A stretch of DNA of 63,211 nucleotides, filler included, from Conidiobolus incongruus B7586 (Eukaryota), in NCBI GenBank assembly GCA_000697335.1. It is 5 parts of 5 records of this genome, joined end to end, with 100 filler letters (N's around TTAATTAATTAA, not from the genome) between each part and the next. Parts side by side here need not be neighbours in the genome. Positions count along the whole stretch, not along the records: positions 49,333 to 59,153 come from JNEM01006104.1; positions 59,254 to 63,211 come from JNEM01006115.1; 3 more parts are not named here. The stretch is one strand, 5' to 3'. Positions 51,816 through 63,211 of this stretch are shown in pieces (position 1 is the stretch's first letter; every line of letters starts with the position of its first letter). The translations under genes were made by a program, and so were the position numbers. The notes below the pieces were generated by a model that had not been told where the DNA came from, made no database searches, and was given only the letters and a program-made list of their open reading frames with translations.

Positions 51816-52283
51816 TATTCTTTATTCTTTTCTGAAATAGATAAAACCAAGTCCAAATTGTGATAGTTTTTATTTTCATTTTGATTAAGTCCGGAGTTAT
51901 GGGATTAATGCATGAATTCATTATTATTCTTTTTTGGTTTTAAGTTTTAGGTAAATCAGTTCAACAAATTTTCTAAACAACAAATATAATTATGTGAAGA
52001 TATTAAATGCTGACAAATTATCATTTTGCCATTTATATTCTGGATAAATTAGAAAAATCTGAAAAAATTTATTAAAATTTTGTTTTATATTTATAAATAT
52101 TGGGTTAAGTAGATTTACTGTCTAATGAATAATATGATGAATAAAAATTTTAAGATATAATTCTTAATTGGTAAATTTAGTATAAATATGAAATAATAAT
52201 ATAAATTATTATCATAATGAATCAAAAACTAATAATAATTTATTAAAAATGTATGAGTAATAGTACCAAATATATAATATATT

Positions 52284-54856
52284 CTAGTTAGCTGGGGGAG
52301 TAGTTGTAGAACCACCAAATTTAGATCTGAATACAGAGATTAATTTTTCTTCAATACGAGTGAACAAGTGGGTAGGCTTGCCAATGCGGTGGCCAGCTAA
52401 GATGGCATTTGTGTTCCAAGTATCGCTGAGCTTGGGGAGAGGAGCGTTGAGTTGGGCGCAAATTTGCTTGGAGGTTTCGGGCATGAATGGGAAAGTCAAA
52501 GCAGCAATCAAATAGATCAAATTGACGCTAAGACCAATGGCACGGTCGCACACGGTGCGGTGATCGGTGAACAAAGTGTTGTCGATCTTAACGTTTTGGA
52601 GGTATTGGTTGCCGAGTTGAGAAATTTCCATCATCAACTTCAAGCCGCTGCGGAATTTGCCCAATTCCATGTCAGCGATATAGCGTTCGAGTAATTGGTT
52701 GACATTCTGAACCAATTGGGTTTCGAGATCGCCGCTGACGTCAAAAGAGGGAATGACACCAGCATACTTGGATCCGGCAGCTAAGAACTTGAGAACTCTG
52801 TTACAGAAGTTGCCAAGGTTGTTGAGCAATTCAGAGTTGTTGCGAGTGATAAATTCGTTCCAGCTGAAGACGGAGTCGTTAGTTTCGGGACGGTTGGAGA
52901 TTAAGTAGTATCTCCAGACAGAGGCAGGAATACCGGTTTCTTGGGCATTGTTACCGAAGACACCCACGTTACGAGACTTGGAGAATTTGCCATCTTCATA
53001 GTTGAGATACTCGGTGGTGTTGACGTGGTGGAGCATAGTCCAGTTCTCCTTGGTACCTAACACGGAACAAGGGAAAATAACGGTATGGAAGGGAACGTTG
53101 TCCTTACCCATAAATTGGTAGAGTTTGACATTTTCGGGATTCCTCCACCAAGCTTCCCAATCCTTGGTGTAGTTGGCAGTGATACTGAGGTAACCGATGG
53201 GAGCATCGAACCAAACGTAGAAAACTTTTTCCTTAAGATGGTCCAAAGGAACTGGAGTACCCCACTTGAGATCACGGGTGATACATCTAGGACGCAAACC
53301 TTCCTTGAGCCAAGATTGAGTAATCAACTTACCGTTGCTGGTCCATTTGCCTTCGGCGCTGTTGGTAGCGACGAATTCTTCACACTTAGGTTGAAGTTTA
53401 GGGAGATCCAAGAAAACATGGGTGGATTCTCTTAAGATGGGAGTATTGTTATCAAGCTTACATCTGGGATTGATCAATTCGTGAGCGTTGAGAAGGCCAC
53501 CACATTGGTCACACTGATCACCTCTGGCATCTAAGTAGTGACACTTGGGACATTCACCTTCAACATAACGATCAGCCAAGAATCTAATTAATATGAATTA
53601 GCATCATACCCCATAGAAAACCAATTAGACATAATTACCTTTCACATTTTTCACAGAACAATTGAGTGATAGAGTCTTCCAAAAGATAGTTATTGTCCTT
53701 AAGCTTTAAGAAGATATCCTGAGCAATTTCAGTCTGTTGAGGGGTGGTAGTTCTGCCAAAGAGATCGAATTCAATATCGAACCAATCGTAGATCTCTTTG
53801 TGGACCTTGTGATACTTGTCACATAGCTCTTGGCAAGTAACACCCAATTCCAAGGCCTTGGTTTCGGTAGCAGTACCATATTCATCAGTACCACAGATGA
53901 AGAGGTAGTTGGTGGAGCGGATGCGGCAGAAGCGAGCATAGACATCAGCTGACAAGGTACTACCGATCAAGTTACCCAAGTGGGGAACGTTGTTGACATA
54001 AGGCAAAGCGGATGTAATCAAAATGTTCTTTTGGCCAGGGATAGGTTTTCTAATCAAACCAATCAATATCACGAAAATCAAATCAATATAATTCAACCTA
54101 CTTGAGCTCTTTGCTAACTTCAGGTAAAACGGCGTTAGGATCAACCTTGCGATGACTTTCATCGCCAATAATGACTTCAACTTCCTGCTTCTTTTCTTCG
54201 GCCACAGCGGTAACTACACCATTAGCGAGATCAGAGATCAAATTTGAGAAATTTTGGAATTGACTGATAGTTTGATAGATTTGTTGAACTTTGGGATATT
54301 GACTCAATTTTTCGCTTTCGTTCAAAATCCAAGGATAAAGGTTTCCAATAACTAACCATTGTAAGACAGACTTGATAAAGATAATTAATAAAATTATTGA
54401 TTTGATTTGTGTTATTTACTTACGTTCAAATTTTCGTCATTATCATACTTGGCCAAAATTTGTTCCAAAAGTTCAGCTATTTGAGTGTAACCTTCAGTGT
54501 TGGCAATATTAGCCTTGATAACGGGTTTCAAATTGGTAGTTTCCCATTCTAACAATTGCCAAACTTTATGACCAGCTAATTTGTCATTTAACAAATAAAT
54601 CACAAGAGCTGAAGGTTCAAATAAGGACACTTTTTCTTTAGCACATTCGTAACTTGGTAATTGGACACCTAACCAAGATTAATAAGGCAATATCAAATAT
54701 TATGATTATCAAACCTTCTTCAATAGTATCCAACACGATTTGCTGGTATTTGTGCTGCCAAACCAAGGTAGCCACTACAAACTTGACCAAATTGAAAAAT
54801 TCTGAGCTATTAACTGGAGTACTTTTAGACAATAATAATTTATTTAATTTTGCCAT
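52284..54856 (-). CDS. MES1: Cytoplasmic methionyl-tRNA synthetase, about 788 aa, 5 exons, with an N-terminal extension (probably GST-like)
   Basis: Exons 54856-54715, 54668-54424, 54370-54102, 54049-53639 and 53583-52284. [16 protein letters not shown] (HIGH motif), GTDEYG, zinc knuckles (CEKC..CPKC..GDQCDQC), [18 protein letters not shown] and KFSKS. Confidence 0.96.
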
Positions 54857-55883
54857 TCTAATTATTTGATATTTTTTGGATTAAATAAAATATTATTAAA
54901 TTTTATGATTGATTGTATATTTATATTAGAATTGAGATGATCCAATAAAATTGAGAATGACGAATTAATTTTGGGATGAAAACTAGAGTCTTGAGAATTT
55001 TAGTTAGTGATTAGTTAAATATTATTAGCTGAATACTACAGAATAGAACTAGTAAAATATTATGGATATTAAATTTGAGAAATTTTAAGATCATAATCGC
55101 TATTTTAAGTAATTTAATCAAATATCATCATCTGTTTTTTAAGTTTTATTACAAAAATCGACCCATTCTATCTATTTGATTGAAATTATTTTAATATTGA
55201 TCTCTTTGTCTACTGAACTTGTATATAATGAATATTTTAATTTAAATATTATGCAGTTAAAATGTTTGATCATTCAGGGATCACAACATTTTTTATATCT
55301 AAAATATTTGAGAATTACAGAAATAAAAAAGTATGGATGGATCCAGTTTAATAAGATATTGGTAAATATCAAAAATCATTAGTAATTAAACTTTAAAATT
55401 TCTAATTAATTCGATAAAAATAAAAGAAATGACAAGTTGAATTGCTCAATAATTATACTGTGATCTTAAAAATAATTACATATTTCTAATATTATATTTG
55501 AATATTAATACTATATTTTGTATATAGAAAAAAATAGAAATTTTGTGCTTAAAAAGTGTATACAGTGATCCAACTGAAAAGCCAATGCAGATAAACTTCG
55601 AATGCTTAAACTATAAAGATTTAGGTATTTTTATTGGGATTTATCTTAATATATTTGCTCTAAAATATAAATATTATAGTATACTTATTAATTTTTGTGT
55701 AAAATATAATTTATATTTGAAATATTCAGAGATTAATAAATTACCAACTTTGAGATTGCAAATCCCACAATTTCATTACCAATAAACTAATTATAAATTT
55801 ATTTTAATTGTGTGAACCCAATTTCAAATTATTAATTAGACCCAAAAAACAAATAATAATAGATTAATTATTATAAACTAATA

Positions 55884-56362
55884 ATGAAACAGAAAATTTT
55901 AACCAAACAAGCTTTAAAAAGTCTCACTCAACAATACACTCCAGCTCATTTTGAACCTCAATTTGTAAATGATAGATGGCACAAACCTCTCTTAAGTTTG
56001 AGACAACAGGCCGATCTTCGCAAGAATTGCGTTCGTCAAGGTATTGACCCTGCCTCGATTGGAATACCGCCCGTAAAGGAAGCTAGAAAGACTATCAATA
56101 CTAATTTCGAGGGTACTAAGTATCAGAAGAATTATTTACAAAGGTATTATCATTACTCTATTTAATACTAATAGGTTCATATATTTATAATTTTGTATAG
56201 AAAGGCTAAGATTGACAAAGCTCTTAACCAAATGCCCAAGAAGATTGAAGAATGGAAACAAGTAAATTTTATTTTATTCAATTTGATTTGTTTTTCCTTA
56301 TTATTATACTTTAGGCTATTTTGGAAGAAAAAGCTAAAAAGCACAGTAATTTACCCTTCTAA
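55884..56362 (+). CDS. MRPL25: Mitochondrial large-subunit ribosomal protein mL59, 122 aa, 3 exons
   Basis: Exons 55884-56143, 56201-56261 and 56315-56362. Motifs F.P....RWHKP..SLRQQADLRK and GTKYQK...R..KI..AL.QMPKKIEEWK. Transcribed divergently from MetRS. Confidence 0.8.
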
Positions 56363-57698
56363 ATCAAATATCAATTTATTAAATTATTATTATTATTATT
56401 TCAGTTATTTATCATTATTTTTCAATTTTTTAATATTCTCAATTCTTAATTATTTCAGTAATCTTTTTCACTCATATTTTTTATAATTTCGTAGTAAAGC
56501 CAATGTCAAATCATAATATTTTCAGGGTTATTAAATTTCTGAAATTCATTACAAAACTCAATTCAATTCAATAATTTAAAATTTCCTAATGAATAATTAT
56601 ATATAAAGTACTTTAGAAATAATAAACCGAGTCAAGATATTAAATCAATATGTGATGCTTACACCTCATCTATAATTCAAATCTAGTTTCTAATTTTTCG
56701 ATTGAAACAAAATACTGTGATTGATATTGACAAATTTGATATGAATGCATTAGACAATCTAAATATTAAAATTAAACTATTCAACTTCAGATTTAGTAAA
56801 TTAACTTTTTGAATTAGAGTTTTAATATAGTCATCATTTATAAATTCAATATATCATTACGTTCAAGGTAAAGTCCTTTTATATAAAATTCATAATATAA
56901 TACAATATTGAATTGATTTAAATATATACAATACCATAATTCAAACTGAATTACTTAGAATTATGATTAAACTATTTTATCAAGGACAATATGTTGATTA
57001 GATATTGTAAATTCTCCAAGTAAATTAAAAAAAATGATATTTACAATAGTTAATCAATGTTGGCTTTATTATAATATTTAGATATTTTGGAAATTTTTGA
57101 AATAATAGAATAATGAAAAAATGGCTATTTGAAAATATAAATAATATATATATATATTTTTAATTTTTTTCAAAGCCAATAATATTTTGTTAGAAAATTA
57201 ATATTCTTTCAATATATGACAATTTTCAACTTATTGATTTAATTATCATTCAAATTTCATAATCATCATTTGATCATAAAAATTCTAATTATTGAAAAAC
57301 TGATATATTTAAAGTTAGTCTCATGTATATGTTGCTTATAACAGGATGATAGTTAGCTTTCTCGAATTTCACCTAGCTAAGTATTGAAAATTTTGTTTAG
57401 TTATTCTCAAGGTTTGATCTTGATCATTAACTCACAAACTTGAGCTCGAAATAATACTTTGATCCATCCCAATCTCCTAATTGTGAAAATGTTGAAATAA
57501 TATATATAGTCGTGATATAATATATCAATTAATGAAATCATGAAAAAAATTTGAAATAATTATTTTTCAGTAATTCAATTACTTTGAGAAATTATAAATT
57601 TGATATCAAAATCACTTAAAACATGTTTAAAAATATAATAAAATTCTAGATATAAATTGATTTTTTATGAAAAAGTTTAATTTTCTACACTAGATATC

Positions 57699-57702
<4 letters not shown>

Positions 57703-57729
<27 letters not shown>
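57703..57729. repeat. (AT)n microsatellite
   Basis: Perfect AT run. Confidence 0.85.
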
Positions 57730-58620
57730 ACTTTTGGAGTTTGTTTAAAATTGATAAAAAATTTCAAAGTTATGATTTATTGATTATTTACAATACAGCA
57801 TGGAAGATTAAGTCTTAACAATTTCAAAATAAATGAAATAGAATTTAATAATTAAATTTCAATGTTAAATATTCCTTTTTTATCTTTATCAATTGAAATA
57901 AAATAATATTAATTCTTTAATATATATGATCTATTTTCAACCTTTGGTCTATAATTTTTTTGATTTTATAAGCTTAATCTTTAGATTTGATTTTATCAGT
58001 GGGTTATTTGATTATTAGTATTGTAAAAGTTCTGACTTTCATAGTTAGTCTGCTTCCTAATAATTTATCACCCAATTGGTAATATCATGTTCTAATATTG
58101 TAACCAATACTGCCTATTCATTTATAATCAGAATATCTTGATTTATTAGAATGATTTCAGATCATCGAATTTATTTTTGAGTTATTTTTACAAATCAGAC
58201 AATCAACCCGGTCAATTATCGTTGACAATGGTAAACGATATAAATCAATCAACAAAAAGTCCAATATATTAATTCAATATAAAATTGATCAAATATCTCT
58301 AATTTATTAATTTATACAAGAAATCATCATTTGGCAAAATGAGTTTGTATGCGATATTTTAAATTGAAAAGACAATATTAATACAAAAAATCATTTTAAT
58401 TGGGTTATATTGATTTAATATTGCAAGTAAATTGTAAATAATTAATTAAATCATTCATATTTATAGAAGCTTAATTTGGTAATAATTTTTATCGAAAATT
58501 AATATGCTATGCAACATATCAATCAAAGCAAAATTTAAATCTTTTTAATAAACAATCAAGCATAAATTTGATAATAAATATGTTGAATTATGAATGAATT
58601 ATATATTATAGCATTTATTT

Positions 58621-59152
58621 TTAAAGGTTTTCTTTGATAAAACCAATATATTTGGATACACGGGTATAGATCTAGAAAATGCATGTTAGTAAAGATATGT
58701 AACAACACGAGATTTAAATAGAAACTTACACCGGGAAGATAGGGATAACCACATCCCAAGCCCCAACTTGTAATACCAGTCAATACCAGTTTACCATCTT
58801 CATTTGTAGCAAATAATGGACCTCCAGAGTCACCACCACAAGTATCCTTGTCGCCATTGCCCTTGAAGCCGATGCAAAAGGCTACTTCGGGATTGACGTC
58901 CTCAAACACGCTCTTATAAATGTCAATACACACCTGCATATCCATCAAAGGTAAGGTGATTTCCAAAAGGACATCGGAAGGATGACCATCTTCATCAGTT
59001 GCGCCCCATCCCATAGCAGTCAAGGGAGTGCCAACTGTTGTAGCGTACTTACCATCTTCGTCATATAATACCTCTTTGGTTTCAATGTGGTCAGCTTCGG
59101 TGACGTTCAACTTCCAGATAGCGATATCGTTCTGTAAATTTTTGTAGTTGTA
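58621..59152 (-). CDS. Trypsin-like S1A serine protease, 5'-partial (N-terminus lost in the gap)
   Basis: Exons >59152-58730 and 58671-58621. NDIAIWKL (catalytic Asp), AMGWG, KDTCGGDSGGPL (catalytic Ser; S1 Asp implies trypsin specificity) and GITSWGLGCG..PG|IYTRVS. Confidence 0.93.
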
Positions 59153-59153
59153 A

Positions 59154-59253
59154 NNNNNNNNNNNNNNNNNNNNNNNNNNNNNNNNNNNNNNNNNNNNTTA
59201 ATTAATTAANNNNNNNNNNNNNNNNNNNNNNNNNNNNNNNNNNNNNNNNNNNN
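59154..59253. other. Assembly gap with artificial spacer
   Basis: N44-TTAATTAATTAA-N44. Confidence 0.97.
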
Positions 59254-59632
59254 TAATTGCAAAATACATAAAGCTAAAGCTGTAAAAGATTTTTTATATA
59301 AAAAAAATTGGAGGGAGTTACCACATCCAGTATATTCACCTGATTATAATCCATGTGATTATAATTGTTTTGGACAATTAAAAAAACAGCTTGCAGGAAA
59401 AAAAATTCCTGCAAACAAATTAAATTGGTTTGTGAAACATCAAATTTCAGTCCTTAATAAAAAGAACTGTTTTTTAGGTATTAGAAGCTTACCAAAGGTA
59501 TGGAAAAGAGTTATTAATAATAAAGGAGGCTATTAATTTTATATTATTCATTAAATTTTATATATTATTTATTAATTTATTTGTTTAATTTTAATTTTAA
59601 AATTGTGCCATTACTTAATTTCTGCACTAATA
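59254..59632 (+). mobile_element. Mariner (DD34D) transposon 3' end, copy B; visible reading frame is open
   Basis: NCKIHKAKAVKDFLYKKNWRELPHPVYSPDYNPCDYNCFGQLKKQL..GIRSLPKVWKRVINNKGGY* (59255-59536). Candidate right TIR AATTGTGCCATTACTTAATTTCTGCACTAA followed by TA (59601-59632). Confidence 0.88.
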
Positions 59633-60475
59633 ATATTATATAAGATGAAATTAATTTAATATTAGATAATTTATTGTTAAAAATAATATTAAGGATTTAA
59701 TAATGATTATTATAAATATAAGATATTATTTTTTAAACCTCTGAATAGAAGTATTCTGAAAAGTAAATCAAACCACTATTTCAATAATATATAAATAAAA
59801 AATCAAACTTTATTATATTTCAACAATATTTCATATTATTATATATAGTTTTTTTAATAATATATATTTAATAAAAATAAATTAATATATCAATTTCAAG
59901 ATAAAACATAATTATATATATTGAATGTTTTAATATATTTTAATCCATAGTTTATATTTGATAAATACATATAATATTAATATTACTAACTTAATATATA
60001 TATCAAGCTTTAAATAAAAAATTAATCTTATTATATAATAAATCAACTTTTAATATTATTTATGAAATTAAAATTAAAATATTAAATTAAATAATCTAGT
60101 AATTTAATAAGTAGAATTTTAATATTAATATAGATTATGTTTCAAATATTTATAAGAAAAAATTGATTCAAGGGTTATTACTAATGATATTATTAAAATT
60201 TAATATAATATTCTCCTGTAATTTATTAAGTTTTTATATTAAAATTTAATAATTATACTGGCTTGATATCTATATGAACAATACAATTCAAATAGACTTA
60301 TTCAAATATATTATTATAAAAATAAATAAAATATTGAATAATTATATATTTTAAAATCAATAACTTATAGATTAAAATTATTATATTATAACGCAAAATT
60401 AATATCCTTAATGTATTTTAAATCATAAATTTGATTTTATAAAGCATGATTAAAATTTGATATTTTTTATATAAA

Positions 60476-60479
<4 letters not shown>

Positions 60480-60513
<34 letters not shown>
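60480..60513. repeat. (AT)n microsatellite
   Basis: About 17 AT units. Confidence 0.9.
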
Positions 60514-60516
<3 letters not shown>

Positions 60517-61225
60517 ATATTGATATAATTATTAATTATAAAATTCATTTAATATAATAATTCAGTATAGTCAAAATACTAGATAAAACATAAACCAAAT
60601 AAAAATTGAAATAGTTCATTTAAATATTAACTGAATCATGTTGTTATAGAGTTTTTTCGATGATAAAATAAATTTTATAATCTGAAATGAATTGATAAAT
60701 TAAAATATTCGATTATTATATTATAATTTCAACATAAATTATATTTATATTAATCAATTATATGAATTATATTGTTTGACAAAAACAATTATATAATATT
60801 GAAAAACATTTTAATTAATGAATAATAAGCTCAACCGAAATATTCTTGGAACTATAGAATTATTTTATTATTTAATGAGTTAAAATTTAATATTAAGCTT
60901 AAGTTTCTTATTTTTGAGGGAATTATATATTAACAATTTGATTCAAATATCTTATTTTATTGTTTTAACAATTTTAAATTATTTTTTTACATTCAATTTA
61001 TCTATTAAAATTAAAAATATCTACTTTTCACAAAGTATGAGATAATTATATGTTCAAATATTAAAATTATTAATTTATTTTTCCACATATTATAGTATAT
61101 TTTAATCTTTTAACATTATTAAATAGTTTATCTATACTTAGAGACATGAAATAATTTAAACTGAATTCGTAGCATCACTCTTGTCAGAAATATTATCACC
61201 TAAATTAAAACAATATAAGTATTTA

Positions 61226-62116
61226 TTAGTTCATATTTGATATATATAAATTACCTCTGATCTTCATATAAAGCTGATCAAATATAGATTTAATTGTATT
61301 TGTTATTACTGGATCATTAACGAAAGCTGTTGCAGTTAATAAACCACTGAAACCACTTAATACACCAGCCACAGGGATTACTATAGGATGTATTTCATCA
61401 AATACCAGCCAAAAGTTAACCACGACAATTGGAATAAGAGTAACCAAAGTTGATAAAGGATATAAAAATGATCTCTCAACTTTCAATCTTTGATCAATTT
61501 CAAAATCTAAGTGATCTGCAACGTTAATAAAATTCCTTTCAAATTGAACCTTAATCCAATTATCAAGATTGTGATGACCTGCATATGTAATATATATTGC
61601 AGAAAAGATAGTAATTAGGTTGTAGCAAACAGTGAAAATATGTATAATCATATTATTATAATCATTATCAGATCCAGGAACACATGCAGTTTTATCTCTT
61701 ATTCCTGTAAATTGATCCAATAAAAAATATATAATCATTATTGCAACAATGCTTGCAAATGTGAAAAACCAAATGATAATTTCATATTGAATTGAAGCTT
61801 TTTTCAATCTCACAATAGCATGATGAATATGAAAACAAATTGCCAGATTAATTGTACAATAAAATACCCTACCAACAGTAACCAAAACACTTAATTTCTG
61901 ACAGTATTGAGTTCCAATATATTCTTCTGATCGATTTGAGAGTATGACTCCAATATGAAATATACAATCGGCAAGGGCTATACCTCCAATAAGCCTTGTT
62001 GTGACTCGATTAACGAACTTATAATTAATACAAAACAAAGTAAATAAAGTTATCAGTACAACAGCAGCCGCGGCAAAACTAACTGAGTGTATCAGCTCAA
62101 TAAATTCCTTTGACAT
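61226..62116 (-). CDS. Seven-transmembrane GPCR-like protein (Git3/cAMP-receptor-like), 296 aa, intronless
   Basis: Seven hydrophobic segments; RLIGGIALAD in TM2; Cys at the top of TM3 (YCQKL) and in ECL2 (TACVP); FLYPL in TM6; SG..TA.AFVNDP in TM7. Confidence 0.72.
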   Translation of the reverse strand: MSKEFIELIHSVSFAAAAVVLITLFTLFCINYKFVNRVTTRLIGGIALADCIFHIGVILSNRSEEYIGTQYCQKLSVLVTVGRVFYCTINLAICFHIHHAIVRLKKASIQYEIIIWFFTFASIVAIMIIYFLLDQFTGIRDKTACVPGSDNDYNNMIIHIFTVCYNLITIFSAIYITYAGHHNLDNWIKVQFERNFINVADHLDFEIDQRLKVERSFLYPLSTLVTLIPIVVVNFWLVFDEIHPIVIPVAGVLSGFSGLLTATAFVNDPVITNTIKSIFDQLYMKIRGNLYISNMN

Positions 62117-63211
62117 TTTAACAATAAGAATTTGTAATATTCAGTTAAAAAATAACAGCCCAATTGAATATATGATAAACTAAACACAATGTTTATGGGT
62201 TAATTAGCCTCTAATTTCAATTTTGAGTATTTTTTAATTTATGCTTAACTAAATTGAATATCAAAATTTAAATAATTAACCAATTAAATTAAATTGAATT
62301 TATATAATTCAAGTTTGTTCTTGTCAAAATAATATAAAGCTAATTTAATAAATATTATATTTGTGAAAAAACCAATATTTTTTATTATTATGAACATACT
62401 TAAATATCTTAAAACCTTTAAAATTATATAATATTTATTAAAATGAAGAATTTTATTTTATTTCAAATAAAAAAAGTTCTAGTTATTAGAAACTTAATTA
62501 TTTTAAAGACTAAATAAAATAATTATTCATTTAAACAAAAGATTAATATACAAAAATTTTAATTAAAACGAAATACAAAATTTCATATTAAATTTGATTT
62601 GTTAAACTAATTGTGACTTGTATAATGTGAAATAATTAATATTAATAAATTTCATAATTAAATTACCCCAACTAATATAATTAAACAATCTAAATTTTAA
62701 TTTTTAATCTAAACTAATTGTCTCCTCATAATTAATTTGTTGAATATATTAAAATTACTATATACTAAAGTTAGTTAAAATGCTATTTTTAGTGAATGAA
62801 TTAAGATAATAATTTTTAATTTATGTGAATTATCTAATTTTAATGAAAGATATATTATATATAATTATCATCTAATAGAATAAAATATTTGAGATTATTG
62901 GTTTAATATTATTAATTAAAGTCAATAAAATAATTTTTAAAATATAATAAACATAATGAATATTGAAATAAAATATGATTTAAAATTTCAAAAAGTTTTA
63001 TGAATATAATTTCACAATATTAATTTAGTTAAAATAATATTAAAATATACCTAATAAAAATTTTAGATCCTATTCTTATTATTAGATAGTTCGTAAATTA
63101 TATATTTTAATGCAATATTTTTCTTGAATATTAAAATTATAAAATTTAATTTCATATTTGAATAAATCTAATTTTATAAATATTATTTTTTATAACATAA
63201 ATTATATTATT

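Noticed and set aside
1..63211. CRISPR arrays, tRNA or rRNA genes, prokaryote-type operons
   Set aside because: None seen; the window is eukaryotic with spliceosomal introns and has no regularly spaced repeats or cloverleaf motifs that I could recognise.

Overview
Very AT-rich eukaryotic genomic window from a fungus, with short GT-AG introns mostly 46-67 nt long. Gene content (a trypsin, a PCC beta subunit, a divergent 7TM receptor, a Zn2Cys6 factor) points to a non-Dikarya fungus such as a Conidiobolus-like entomophthoralean; this is inference. Five contigs are joined by four artificial 100-bp N/TTAATTAATTAA/N spacers. Fourteen protein-coding genes can be reconstructed: KDM5/JARID1 demethylase, peroxisomal thiolase, SLC12 cation-chloride cotransporter, Uds1-domain coiled-coil protein, Zn2Cys6 transcription factor, glutaminyl cyclase (5' part in a gap), alpha-SNAP, glycyl-tRNA synthetase (1-nt frameshift), propionyl-CoA carboxylase beta, a Myb/SANT-like protein, methionyl-tRNA synthetase, mitochondrial ribosomal mL59, trypsin (5' part in a gap) and a Git3/CAR-like GPCR. 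There are also two DD34D mariner transposase fragments. The most notable signal is that one mariner copy carries strongly directional C>T/G>A changes, many at CpA/TpG, resembling repeat-induced point mutation (RIP) in a lineage where RIP is not established.
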